The notes under the pieces were generated by a model. That model was not told the origin of the DNA. It saw only the letters and a program-made list of their open reading frames with translations, and ran no database searches. From contig NC_087263.1 in NCBI RefSeq assembly GCF_037042905.1, positions 15,068,001 through 15,132,000 on the forward strand: a stretch of 64,000 bases of DNA, written 5' to 3'. The translations under genes and the position numbers were made by a program. Below, piece by piece: positions 1 through 13,760 of the stretch. The stretch's first letter is position 1. Every line of letters starts with the position of its first letter. This DNA is from Lytechinus pictus. Lineage: Eukaryota.

Positions 1-285
1 TATTTCAATTTTATCCATTCATTTATCTACAATTGTTATTTCATTTATTGTCATTTTATCATTATAAGTCTTCATTTTATGTGTATGTGGGTGGGGGAGG
101 GGGGTGGGCAGGAACAGGAAATGATGCCAATAAACCAAACCAGGAATATACTGGGGATACGTCTTAGAACAGAAGAAATGGCATTCAGCTGTGGATGCCT
201 AATGCACTGAGAAGTGTGAATTTTATGGGTGTAATTAAGTTATGGGGGCATAAAGGTAAGGAAGAACTTTGGCTGTTTACTTTAA

Positions 286-863
286 AGGTCAAGTCCACCC
301 CAGAAAAGGGTCGATTTGAATCAAGAGAGAAAAATCAAACAAACATAACACTGAAAATTTCATCAAATTTTTTTTCGAAATAAGAAAAATTTCGCTTAAT
401 TTCCCAAAATAGTTATATGCACATCCGGGTGGGTATGCAAATGAGGGAATTGATGACATCATCCACTACTTTTTTTCTGTATTTCATAATAAGAAATATG
501 AAATATCCTAATGTTCTCCTCATTGCCAAGTGAAATAACAATTAATTCCACCCTGAACATATGAAATTAGCAATGCTTAATACTATATGGTTCCATCGAG
601 TTGGTCCTTATTGTCATATCTGTAAAAATTGAAATATTGTGTAATTCAAACAATAAAAACAAAAGAAATAGCGATGGACATCATCGACTCTCTCATTAAC
701 ATGTCACTGAGTTGTGCATAACTGTTTTTTTTTTAATAAGTGAAACTTTAAAATGTCATAACTTTCATATTTAACACCTCATTTTGATGAAATTTTCAGA
801 GTTGTGCTTGTTGGATTTTCTCTTTTTATTCAAATCAACTTTTTGTTAGGATGGACTTTTCCT
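286..863. mobile_element. TTAA-flanked MITE (Kolobok-like), family 1
   Basis: TTAA|AGGTCAAGTCCACCC ... GGATGGACTTTTCCT|TTAA. Homologous to 13169-13760. Confidence 0.8.
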
Positions 864-3452
864 TTAAGGTAAGGAAGATCTTTGGCTATTACTTAAACCC
901 TATTTTAGTTTTATCTCGAGGGTGTAATTTTAACACCTCCAGGTATGATCCTATAGGGACACCAATAGGTGTCAGATTTAACACCAAATATTATACAGCA
1001 AAGAACTGGGATTTACAGGAATGATGTAGAAGTCCTCACAAGTACTTGTGTACAAAGTCAATACAGTTGAAAAGTACATTGTCAATGCACAATGACACCA
1101 CTGAATTAAGTAACCAATTACATTTGTTTACACCAATCTAAGCGGGTTGATGATACTAACCATATACCACGAAAGCAATGGGGGGTCATCCAGAACCGCT
1201 CAGGTGACTACTATTTTTAGCGTTTTTGATAAGGCAAACCGTCTTGAGTTTGAAATCGAAATGTCAACGAATTTCGGAATCCTGGTTGGTAATAAACGAG
1301 GGACTTGCACTCTGTGATGTAGCTAACCGGTCGTTAGGGGTCGGCAAGGAAGATAGCATACTTGGAAGGAGTGATATGGTGTTTACATGAAGTAGACATA
1401 AACTGTTCTGAGAGATAGCAATGCACATTGAGGGCTTGCTTGCAAGAGAATATCAGTAAATGAGGACAGGGGAAGATCCAAGGGGGCGGTTAGGGGTATT
1501 AAACTGAAGGGGAAAATTTGATTTTTTTTTTTTGAAAGATACAAAACAAATGGTGAAAATTGTGTTGAGGTGATTTCAAAGCTGACCGCTTGGTTTAAAA
1601 CAACAACAGCAACAAAAATCTAGTCACGTGTTAAGAAAGACATGAGGATAAATTCTGAGAGACACAGCCCCTCATATAGCTAAACAAAATGTCAAAGACT
1701 GCATTTATCCATCTATAACATATATGTATTTCCCTTTGCAAGGACAGTTTGGATAATTTGGACACCTAACCACTTGTTTGAAAAAAAATTGAATGCCAAG
1801 GACAATGATACGAATGCACTTCCCCTTATAGCATAGCAAAAAGCTATACACTACATTTCTTCTTTAAATCATACCTATGCAAGCACGGTTGAGGTAATTC
1901 TGGAGTAAATTCATGTCCGACCGCCTAACAGGTCAAGCACGGAATCATCTTACCCCCGATGAAGGAAGAGATACGAAATGAGCTCCGTTACTGATTTTCT
2001 GAATGAAATTAGGGGACGTCTTTTTTTATATTCAGGATCGCTTCTCAGGTGTACAAGTAGGGGGCCCACAGAGAGGATAGAGTTTTTTGAGAAAGGTTAC
2101 AATTACTCCACTTTTCTCAGGCTTCGAGAGGGTAACAAGACAAAAATTCCCCCGACTGTTGCTCTTCTGTATATTCACCAGGAAAATCCTGTGAGTGATG
2201 TAGAAAGTGATCTTTTGATGTTGCTTTAGTTGGTATATATGCTGATAATCAATTTAACCAAATTCACACTATTAATTGAACTATACTTGCTGTATATATA
2301 TATATCTCTCACTTTCATCATCTCTCTCTCTCTGCAAATCTACTTAGCTACTAGCCACTTTCCCCTATCCCTTCCCTCCATCTCACCCTATATATCCCTT
2401 ACCCCCTCCCTCTCTCCCTCTTGCTCTCTCCATCAACCCTGCCCCCCCCCCCATCAACCCCTCTCCCCATCCCCCTCTTGTTGTCTCCCTCCCTTTCCCT
2501 AACCCCCTCTTTCTTTCCTCCTCTCTCATCTGCCCATCACCCCTCTTTCCTTCTTGCTCTCTCCTACTATCCCCCATCCATCTTTTCCTGTCCCTCTCTC
2601 TTCCCCTAACCTTCCCTTTTCACCCCTCCCCACACTCTCCCTCTCCCACTACTCTTCAACGCCCTCTTTTACTACCACCCCCCCCCCCCACCATCCTCAT
2701 TTCTCCTCCAAATATTATCCTTAAACTTGATGAATGGTGTCAGAACCAAACACGTGCATAATTCACAGGTCAAACTGCCAAGAGAATATGAAGACCAGTC
2801 CATACCTGTGTTCAAATAGCCATACAAAACTTATTAACCCATCAACTACCAAATACTATAATTCCCAAAGGCCTTTACACAGCGGGGAATCTAGGCTCAC
2901 ATAGTAAAAGGTTAAGGTGGATTTTATGCAGGAGAATGAAGTTTTGAGCTGGCTAAGGGAGAGGGGCTTCATAATTTGGGAAGATAAATAACTTGAAGGG
3001 GCCAAAGAAGGTGGAAATAAAACAGGAGGGGGGCACGAATCTAGGAAAAGGGATAGCAAGGGGGTTAGGAAGAGAGAAATAGTGAAGGGTAAAAGAGAAT
3101 AAAAGAAATATCTAAACATAGCTTTCTTCATGAGATATGAACTCACCAATTTGCCTGGAGGCCACTTCATAAAGCTGTTCATAAGTTTTGCATGACTTTA
3201 TGAATGATGGTATTTTGATTATAACACCAAAGAGTGTCAATAAAACAAAAGAATGTGTCATGATAAAAAACAATCAGTGTTGAATTGGTATCAATATATG
3301 TGTTGAATTAGCACCATGGTACCAACACTAGCGCAAAATGTTTAAGGTGTTGTCCTCTCACAGAACTGAATGGGAGTACATGTAGATTTAACTCCATTGT
3401 TTTGCACTGAGTATAGGAAAAATGAACTTGAGGGAGAATGAAAAAGGGCAAG

Positions 3453-4005
<553 letters not shown>

Positions 4006-4117
4006 GAAAAAAATATTGAATATGCATACATACAAGTAGAGACATATAACTAAGGGTCGTAACCATAAAAGTGGAAGAAAAACAAGATTATGGGCTAGGT
4101 AGTAAGATCATAAGGTA

Positions 4118-4396
4118 GAGGTGTTGTGGCTCAGTGGATAAGTCTCCGGACTGTGAACCACAAGGTCCGGGGTTCAAATCCCACCACAGCACTAGCGTCC
4201 TTTGGCAAGGCGTTTATCTACATTTGCCACTCTCGACCCAGGTGTAGTAAATGGGTACCCGGTAAGAAGAAATTCCTTGAATGCTCGATGCGCCCGATCA
4301 GGGTAGCCGTGCTAAAGCCGGGGTAATATTATGCAGCGCTTAGAAACTTTTGTATTAAGCGCTATATAAATGTTGCATATTATTATTATTATTATA
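4118..4396 (+). mobile_element. tRNA-derived SINE
   Basis: A box TGGCTCAGTGG, B box GGTTCAAATCC, central ACCCAGGTGTAGTAAATGGGTACC and a (TAT)n tail. Confidence 0.85.
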
Positions 4397-6992
4397 TAAG
4401 GGTAAACCATAAAAGGGGAAGAAAAACAAGATCATAAAAAAAATCATATTTCAATCTGAGAATATAAAGGAGAAATCAGCAATAAAATGTGAAGAGGAAA
4501 GAGATAAATCAAAGGAGGAAAGATGAGTTTATTCCAAGCGACGACTGAATACAATAATATAGGCTTTGAAATTATGACAGAAAATCCAATACTTCTGAAA
4601 GGTACACATGCAGAGAGAAAGGAAATGAAAAATTTGCTGTTTTTTCCTGTTGCATTGAAGATTCAAAGCTACCTTTAGTCGGTGACCATCGTTAGTACCG
4701 GGGACCACAGGTGACAGAATGAATAAATCATGATTCCCAATCCCCATAAGGTCACTCGCTCCGGAATGGTCATCGGCCCCTGTTACCGTGGCTACCCGCA
4801 CTTTGGGCCCGTTCACATTGCCAAATTGTTTTGAGCATTCAAAAAGAAGGCGAGAGTTGGTTTGTTGGGTATTCTAATTCTCCTCATCCTCCTCCTTTGT
4901 CTCCTCCACCTCTTTCTCCTTCATCTCTTCCTTCCACACCTCCTTCTTCTCATTCTCCTTATCTTCATCCTTCTTCAACCCCCAAAGTTCTACTACCCCC
5001 CCCCCTCCTTCTCTTTCTCCTCTATATAAATGCAAAGCAACCACAAAATACATTTTCACTTTACTTTTATTTGAAAATAAATGTTTGAAATGAAATTCAT
5101 GTAGGCCCTTTTTCAATCTTGAAAATAAATATATACGTATACATGTACATCTTGAATCTGGATAGATCTGTATAGTATTCATATTGTAGCTTACATGTAT
5201 ATTTGCAGCATTGCTTACTTCTTTATTCTAATATTTTGAGCTTAACTATGAGTTGTCGGGAAAATTCACACTTTTGGATATTTCAAAATTCAACTAATTT
5301 ATAAGCTGTAAAGAAAACAAATACACATGGGCTTGAACTATGACTATCAAATGCAAATGACATTTATTTAAAAGATGAAAATATGTTACAAATATTCTTC
5401 TCCATATCATTTTAGCCCCTTTAAGGTTAAAACGAGAACTGGACAAATGTCCAAGAGCAAGTTGAAGCAAAACTAGATGAGTGATACAAATTTACTCTCC
5501 CTGGAAAGGGGCAAAATGTGGAAAATTCGATAGGAAATGGAGAAAAAAAAAGTGACACTGAGTCTTAAATAAAGAAACCAACAGACCTCTAAATGCTAAT
5601 AAGGCACGTAGCAGAGGAGAGCTGGAAAAAATGTAAATAGAACTTTTAAGAATGAAATTTCATCCTTTTGGGTCAAATGTAAATTACGTATGGGAGTGTT
5701 AGAGCATCGTACGATCGGAGCGCGGCTCTCGTTCTGTTTTTCGTCAGGTGTTGTATGTGATTAGCTGTCTAAATAAGATAAAAGGTATGTATGGTTCCTA
5801 GGTGTTAGTATGCGTGCTGTATATGATGTAGATGCTATTGTATATGTAATAGGTTTACAATAGTCCTTATAGTTGAAGAAGTGTAGAGAAAGAAAACAAT
5901 CAGGTACATGTTTTTAATAGTAAGCTTACACATGTACAACATAAAATGAATAATTTTTATTAGTACATTTATTTATGTGTTTTCATTTCAATATTTCAAA
6001 GTAATCTTACCAATTTCGTTAGTTGATGGCATATTTAAATAATGTATGAGATGGCTACTCTCTGGCAAACTGATGCACAGATTTTTGTTGATTTTTATTG
6101 CTATTTTCTGGTTTATTTGCTTATCTTTGATTTCTGGTTGGCAATCATGCACAAAGAATCATCGTCAATGAAATTTTAGAAAATTCCATAGAAAATTCAA
6201 AAGAAGATACATATTCGTAGTGAAATATGATCGTGTCTGTGCTCTACACATACGAGAGAAACAGCGTCAAAGTCAAAACCTATTTGTATTTTATTTCCTT
6301 CATTTTAATTTTGAGGAGCTGTCTGATTTATCCCTTTAAAAAATCCATTTAGAAATTGCAGCCTGTCCACCTTGTGTCACACCTAGTGGTGCACTCAAGG
6401 GCCAGGTATCACAAAGCCTAGAAATTAATTGTATGGTCGATTTGTACGACTGATTACATTGATCATTATGTGCAGTCAAGCATACAAACCAAGTGTATGA
6501 TCGATTGCAAAGGGTTGGTGGTAAGCGCCCTGTTCCTGGTTGTATATTACTGTGCAGATTTCACATTCTTTATCGTCACACCTGTGTCTATTTCAACATC
6601 ACAGATCCCTACCCTTTTCCCTTAATGAAGGCTCTTGCCCCGTTCACACTCTATATTTAATGCTGGTGTAATACCCCTCACCCATCATGGGGTGCAATGT
6701 TTGAGAGTATGAAAATGGGAAAGAGAAAGGAGGATGAAAAGAGGAAGGGAACAAAGGAGGAAAGCAGGGGAGAATGGAAGTAGTATAAAAATGAAAGGAG
6801 TATTAGAAGAGTGAAATGAAGGAAAGATATATGAAGATACACAGTAGAGGAAGGAAGAGAAGAAAAGTGAGATCATTGTGAGGTCATTAATTTTTTAACA
6901 CTTAATAATATGACTTGTAAAGTGCCAAATCCACTCTGTAGAGTGCTCAAGGCGCATAAAGAGCTAAGATTTAAATAAAACTATTGAGTGAA

Positions 6993-7110
6993 AGGAAGAA
7001 GGAAGAGGAGGAGAAGAAGAAGGAGGAGAAGGAGAAGGAGAAGAAGAAGGAGAAGAAGAAGGAAGAAGGAAGAAGGAAGAAGAAGAAGAAGAAGAAGAAG
7101 AAGGAGGAGG
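6993..7110. repeat. (GAA/GGA)n purine-rich microsatellite
   Basis: Directly visible. Confidence 0.95.
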
Positions 7111-8401
7111 GGGGAGCTAATTGATTCTGGTAAGTGCAAGAATGAGTGGCAGATTAAAGAGATGAAAGGAAAGGTGTAAGAAAAGGAATAAATAAAAAGG
7201 AAAAGGGGAAAGACGAGAGAAAAGGGAGAAGGCAATAAAAATTTAGGAGTAGAAGAAGAAGAAAGAAGGGAAGATGTACACAAAAATATCCAAAATGGAA
7301 AAGAGCAAGAGCTGTGAAAAGACAGAAGGAAATATAAAGATTTTGGAGAAGACAAAGAGGAAATAATTGTAGATGTAAATAGGGAGTAAAAACATATAAA
7401 GGAAAAAGAAAATGAGAGGTATTTTTTTAAGGATAAGAGGAAGAAGAATGAAAAGTGGGAAGGAAATATGAAGAAGGAAAAGTAGAAAGGAAAAAAATGT
7501 TGTGAGATTGAAATTGAAAGAAAGAACGAAGGAAAGAGAGAGAGAGAGAGAGAGAGCAGGTGAGAGGGATAACAACCAAGCGAGAGAGAAGTGTTTACAT
7601 CCATCTCTGGCTCTCAAGTGCGGGGGTAAATGCCAAAAGAAGCATGAAAAAACCCTGGCCCTGCTAAGCATTAGGTGGGACTTCTCCCATGTAATGAGAT
7701 TAGAAGAGGGTTTGCTGGGCAGATGATGAGGGAAGGAAGTGACAGGCTTGTCTGCCAAAGTGGTTTGCTGCCCTCACTTGTCAAAGGCAAGACAGTTTAT
7801 TCCTCACCAAAATTCTTAATGCAGGCCTCTAAACCTTTCTGACTGAAAAATATGGATTATTTTGCAAAAGAAATTTAACTTCCCTTATAAGTCTACAATA
7901 AACCTAAATAAAAACAAGAGATTCCCACATGTATCTAAACTAGAGCTCTGCATTTTTACATTAAAAAAAATTCTAAACTCAAAACATGCTTAAATTGATT
8001 TGCTGTGATTCACCACAATTTGCATGCGTTCATGACATAATTTCCAACATTTTTATCAGGGTTACTACTTGCCAATGAAATGAAGATTTTTAGATCAAGT
8101 AAAATAGAAGGAAGAAACTAGAATTTTCTGAAAAATTTGGATTTTTTTGTATTAACTTGGATCATATTTCAATTATTGAAGAGATTGCAGTATAGTAAAT
8201 ACCAATTTTATTTGGCCCCAGGGATGTTTGGCAGGCAAATGTCAGCTTCAATAATTCCATATTTAATATTTTGGCCTCATAACCATCCAATTCCATGCTC
8301 CAGTTAGCAAATTATTCAATAAAGGAAAATAGAATCCCAAAATGCGTAGCTGCATGGACAGCTGATAACTATCTGCTGCCCTCTGTAGTCTATATGCAGC
8401 A

Positions 8402-8707
8402 CATTTGACATGTGGCATGAAATCTGTATTTCAATGCTATATCAACTAACCCATTTTACAAAAGTTGTATCATGTAAGAATCTTTTTTCAGATTATTCTC
8501 ATATAATTCTGGCATTTCTCGTATCTACCACTGTAAGCATTGCTCAATAGCCATTTGAGATGTGGCATGAAATCTGTATTTCAATGCTATATCAACTAAC
8601 CCATTTTACAAAAGTTGTATTACGTAAGGAATCTATTTTTAGATTATTCTCATATAATTCCGGCATTTCAGGTATCTACCACTGCAAGCATTGCTCAATA
8701 GCCATTT
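8402..8707. repeat. Tandem duplication, 2 x ~151 bp
   Basis: catttga.atgtggcatgaaatctgtatttcaatgc...cattgctcaatagc at 8402 and 8553. Confidence 0.9.
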
Positions 8708-9072
8708 CATGTCATAAATTAATCCCATAGGCTATAGGAAATGGTCAGGAACTGTTCAAAGTCTTTTAGACTTACATGTAGAGAATTCAATTATCAACAG
8801 ACCAAAACCAAGTTTTTACAGGAGCTACCAATGATGCAAAAGCAATCATTAATTATGAGATTTAATCAAGGCTGGTGTGTCATCAGAGACCTTTTCAGGT
8901 CAGATGATTCTGAAGGTAGCTGAAAAAAAATGTCTGCTGGACTCAAATGGTGCACTGCTGTGGTGACTATGTTTACAGTGAAACAAAATTAAACAGTTAC
9001 AAAATACAACACAAACAACTAGATATATATAACCACAAACAAGAAAAAATGAAAAACAAAGTGATTCCTTAC

Positions 9073-11404
9073 CTTCCCTCATCACTGAGATCCATGGATT
9101 TTGAGAGGTATTCTCGTACAGCAGCCATCCCATCATGCACTCTGAACGACATCCCGATGCGCCTTGCATACAGCGTGCCTCCTCCCTCGCTCATGTAACC
9201 GCTTCCAATATCACCAAGGCCGGCGGAGCGATGCAAAATGTCGCCATCGCTCACGTAGCCACTGGCGATATCCTCGCTGACATAGTCATTGCAATCGTCG
9301 ATCAAGGTTTGGTCGGTGAACTGGAGGTCGTTGAGGTGGGAACGGTTTGAGAAGGTCCGTTTCATCGAATTGAGATAGCCCTTACTTAGTAGGGGCTGGT
9401 AACTGCCATCAGATTTGGTCGTCATGACGTTACTGTCATTGGTAGAGTCAGTGGGTATTGAGACAGCAACGGTCGACATGCTCCCAAGCTTTGAGGTCGA
9501 TCCTAATGAGCCTCTGCGAGTCAAGCTGGAGCTACGCTGAGCATGCGGCACCTCCGGTGAGTGCCTCACCTCTTGCGTAGGTTCCTTCAGCTGAGTCGTG
9601 ATGCTATCACCAAACGTTGTCTCTTTGGTCGCACGGTTCGTTGCTGGCGAGGGCCTGGCAGCGACCTGCGAGTTCATCACCGTCACGTTGTAATCGCTCG
9701 AGTTCTGAACATCCGGGATCGACTTGAGGACACGAGGCTGTTGCTTGGGCGTACCAAAGGTCGTGACTGCCTTATCGTTCTTGTAGACCGTGGTGCAGAA
9801 GTCTTCCTCCATCTTTGGCTGGAAGATGACGCTGTTCTCCGAGGACTGACTTGTGGTTGATGAGATACTGATCTGACTGTGGATCGGTGTGCTGTTGACA
9901 GAGTCCGTTTCATTCGAAGCAGCAATGCTTATTGTATCGCTGCAGTCCTTGGAGGGTGGTCGACTTCCTGTATAGTTGAATGGCGCCACCGTTGCTGTAT
10001 TGGCTGGTGAGCGGTTATGACTAGGCGATGTGGTGATGGAGTTACGTCCACCTGATGATGGTGTCTTGACAACTGGAGATTTAGTAGGTTCTGCAACGGG
10101 TTTCTCACTATCTACTATAGGTACTGGTTCAGTCTGTATAGGAGGCTTAGGTGGCACGGGACTGTACGCACCACCTCGAGTATAAGTCACTTTCTCCTCA
10201 CTCTCTTTCTCACCGCTTATCGTGGACTCTGGTTTCTTTGCAGCAATAGAACCAGGGGCCTTGATTCCTGATCTCTGTGTACTACCTGGCTTGGGAATCC
10301 CCCTTGAACTTGGAATCTGTGAACCACCGCCAGGACCACCGTGCTGCTGGCTCGTGACTGTCTGCACCGGCTTAACTTTACTCGTACTCAACTTACTGGA
10401 TGGCATTTTAAGTCCGATCATTTTTCCACTTTCCAATATATCACTTCGGACACTTCCATCACCTTCTCCGCTATGTATTGGCAATTTTGATTTCAGCTTG
10501 CTTTCTGCCATCGGCAACCTGGAGCCTTCATCGCTCAAGTCACCGTTGGTCAGATCAGATTGCACATATTCCTTATGACCTAAATTAGGGGAAGTCCTTG
10601 GTTTGGCCCCTCCAAAGGCTCTCCCAATTGTCTTCTGAGCTACAGCCTTCAAAGCATTCTTGGGGCTGCTTGAACCCAACGTTAGTCCGGGGGATACAGC
10701 TCCGTTAGAGTTTGTTCTTTCTATTTCAATATGGGATTCTTGGCTTTCCGGCACATGTTCCTCTACCTTGGGCTTCTTCTCGACCTTACTTGGTGGAGGC
10801 AACTTTGATTCCTTTGCGGCTGGTTTCTTGACAGGTGCAGCCTGCCTACCTGCAGACGAGTCCCTCTTTGGGGGAACCGGTTTTGCGATAGACGACTTCC
10901 CAGGTGCAGGCTTAGTCTTGGCAACTGCCTCTTTGGGCTTTTCCACTTCCTTCTCCTTCGCAGCTGGTGGAGGTCCTTTTCCATCTTTCCCAAATATCTT
11001 CAGCTTCGTCAGCATAGAGCCCTTGCCATTGTTTGCAGGGGGTATCTTTGATCCTGTCTTGTCTCCTCCTCCTCCACCGGCACCACCACCCCCTGGTGGT
11101 GCTGCAGGAGGGGGCTTGCCTGTGCCCCCAGCCCCACCACCGCTCTTCGGGGTAGGAATTCCCTTCTGGCCAGCTGGGACAGAACTCGACCGTGCCTTGC
11201 TCTTCGATGCTTCTAGCTTCGATGATGACCCTGATCCTGCTTTAGCTGCCATGCCGGGGGAGGGGCTTCTGGTCTGGGAGCGGGGCGCGGCTAGACCGGA
11301 ACCCGGAGGCTTGATATTGGAGGAAGATGAGGTAGATGAGATGCCTGATGAAGACTGGTGTCCCTGAGCTGCTGCTGATGTCTTCTTGGATGCGGGTGCT
11401 GCAC
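9073..11404 (-). CDS. NAV: Neuron navigator giant exon (microtubule plus-end binding region, ending GYVSDGD...SGYMSEGG)
   Basis: 2332-nt open frame (track ORF 9069..11438), tttgtcgtag acceptor, gtaagg donor, phase 1 to 2. Has several SxIP/SxLP motifs, VAPF and NAV-like GY.SDG/SGYMS.GG motifs. Confidence 0.92.
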
Positions 11405-11481
11405 CTACGACAAAGTTAGAAATAAAACAAAAGCACAATCATTAGAAAAATTCTTTAAGACCTACATGTACACGTGTATCT

Positions 11482-11657
11482 CCCGGGTGGTGTTTCATCA
11501 AGCTGTTTGTCAAGTTACGATGACTCCATGTACGACTGGAACATGTTCTTAGGTGCTACATCAGCTACAGAAGAACATATCATTCAGCACAAGAAAGGAG
11601 CACCAGTCAGACACTAGTCATATGTAACTAACAAACAGCTTTATAAAACACCCCCGG
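11482..11657. mobile_element. Short palindromic MITE
   Basis: CCCGGGTGGTGTTTCATCAAGCTGTTTG ... CAAACAGCTTTATAAAACACCCCCGGG. Confidence 0.7.
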
Positions 11658-11985
11658 GAGGGGGACGTTTTCTTTTCATAATCCAGAGCTTATGAGAATC
11701 ATTGCATGATTAGAAGGCAAATGGAATACACATTATATTAACCTTCATTACAGAAATAAACTCTGAATGGCCAGTCTCATACTAAACTAATTTTCAGACA
11801 AATAAACTTGATATACCACAAAGCTCACTTACCTCATTTCCTACAACATGTTTTCAGTTTGATTAAATGATGACAATAATATGCAACATTGATATAGTCT
11901 GCATATACCATGTTTCTAAAGTTATACCAACTATCAACCCGGCCTTAGCACAGCTACCTGGCCTGATCAGAAGAATGTGCATCAC

Positions 11986-12240
11986 CAGAGCTGCCAGGCT
12001 CAACAAGAATATTTCAAAGCTGAAAATCAGTATTTTGTTGAATAAATTAGTAGTTTGTTGAGGAAATCGGTACTTTATTGAGGAAATCAGTATTTTGTTG
12101 AGGAAATCACTATTTTCCAGGAAATACCATAGGACAACACATGAAACTGAAACTTTAGAAATCAGTATTTAAAATGAAACCAGTATTCTTGTCATATTTC
12201 AGTACTAAATACTGAAAATCAGTATAAGTTGGAAGCTCTG
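11986..12240. mobile_element. MITE, CAGAGCTGCCA family (other copies 12900-13107 and 25186-25395)
   Basis: CAGAGCTGCCA / TGG(C/A)AGCTCTG ends. The internal aaagctgaaaatcagtattttg...ccataggacaacacat is shared by three copies. Confidence 0.7.
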
Positions 12241-12360
12241 CCACACCTATTATCTCTTAGATTCAATTATCATAAAGTTATTCAAACCATTTGATTTTCA
12301 GAGGAACATATTTCTTTATCAAAACTATGCACATTTTAGTAAATCTTTCTCTGAACCTAC

Positions 12361-12537
12361 CATGTGAACTGGGAACAGGTGAGGGGCCTCTACTCCTATC
12401 GTTGCCGATTGAAGCGCCGATGGAATTTCGCTGCCCGGGGGCCTTGATGCCCCCACCCCCAGGGGCGCCACCGCGGCTGTTCGGGGTGGGGATCCTGGAG
12501 CCCATATCGGAAGAGGAGCTCCGGGCACTGCTTGAAC
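12361..12537 (-). CDS. NAV: Neuron navigator exon (GSSSARSSSSDMGSRIPTPNSR...)
   Basis: 177 nt, ctttttttcag acceptor, gtaggt donor, phase 1 to 1. Contains an SRIP motif. Confidence 0.88.
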
Positions 12538-12567
12538 CTGAAAAAAGGAAGAAACAGATTCTTAGCG

Positions 12568-12784
12568 GCTGTTGCAAGACAGTATTTGCATTGCAAATTT
12601 TGGATGCAAAATTTACAAGTAATAGATCAATTTTTGCTCAAGAAAATCAAGTTATAGTTATACTCATAAATGCAAGAAGCAGACCATCTATTAATTGCAA
12701 ATTTGCGATGAAATGCATGGCTTTCAATTGATATTAAGATAAAAAAATGACTTGCAATCAATTGAAAATTTCCTGCAACACCCC
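12568..12784. mobile_element. Short palindromic MITE (GGGGTGTTGCA family)
   Basis: GTTGCAAGA...TTGCAACACCCC ends. Relative at 58350-58567. Confidence 0.65.
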
Positions 12785-13168
12785 ATTACTATTTAATTGT
12801 TTATCATTGTGACCGATGGCAATGATCACATTACCTTTATCAAGAGCAAGTGCACCTTATCAAAAATTAATTTGAATAAAAAGAGACAAAAGCTAAATGC
12901 AGAGGTGCTAACTGGAACAAAGAACTCTCAAGTATTCTTAAAGCTGAGAATCGGTATTTTGATGAGGAAATCAGTATTATTTATCAGAGTAATAATACCA
13001 TAGGACAACACATGAAACTGACACTTCAGATGTCAGAATTTTCCAAGAAACCATCAGTACTCTATCATTTCCTTCCCAGTACTATACTATACTAGTCGGC
13101 AGCTCTGTAAACTGCTGTTCCAAGATTTCATGAAAATTAGATGTAAAATAACAAGTTATGACATTTAA

Positions 13169-13760
13169 AGGACAAGTCCACCCCAACAAAATGTTGATTT
13201 GAATAAAAAGAGAAAAATCCAACAAGCATAACACTGAAAATTTCATCAAAATCGGATGTAAAATAAGAAAGTTATGACATTTTAAAATTTTCCTTAATTA
13301 AAAAAAACTGTTATATGCACATCCTGGTTGGAATGTAAATGAGGAGACTGATGATGTCACCCACTCACTATTTCTTTTGTAATTTATTATATGAAATAGG
13401 AATATTCTATTTTTCTCCTCATTGTCAAGTGAAACGATTAATTCCTCCCTGTACAAGTGTACTGAGCATTGTTTATTACTAAATGATTCAGGCAATTTGG
13501 GCCTTATTGTCAAATCTATAAAAAAATGAAATATTGTATAATTCAAACAATAAAAAACAAAAGAAATAGTGAGTGAGGGACATCATCGACTGTCTCGTTT
13601 GGGTTGTGCCTATCACTGTTTTGTGAAAAATAAGCAAAATTTTAAAAATGTCATAACTTTCTTATTTTACATCCAAGTTTTGATGAAATTTTCAGCATTT
13701 TGCTAGTTTGATTTTTCTCTATTTATTCAAATCAACATTTTTCTGGGGTGGACTTGACAT
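13169..13760. mobile_element. TTAA-flanked MITE (Kolobok-like), family 1, nested in an older relative
   Basis: TTAA|AGGACAAGTCCACCCC ... GGGGTGGACTTGACAT|TTAA, with long imperfect TIRs. Confidence 0.85.

Noticed and set aside
4529..4875. Minus-strand 95-aa ORF as the next NAV exon
   Set aside because: No pyrimidine-rich acceptor, the phase is incompatible with the phase-2 end at 9073, and there is no recognisable NAV similarity.
10222..11367. Plus-strand ORFs of 118 and 235 aa
   Set aside because: Antisense shadows of the GC-rich NAV exon.
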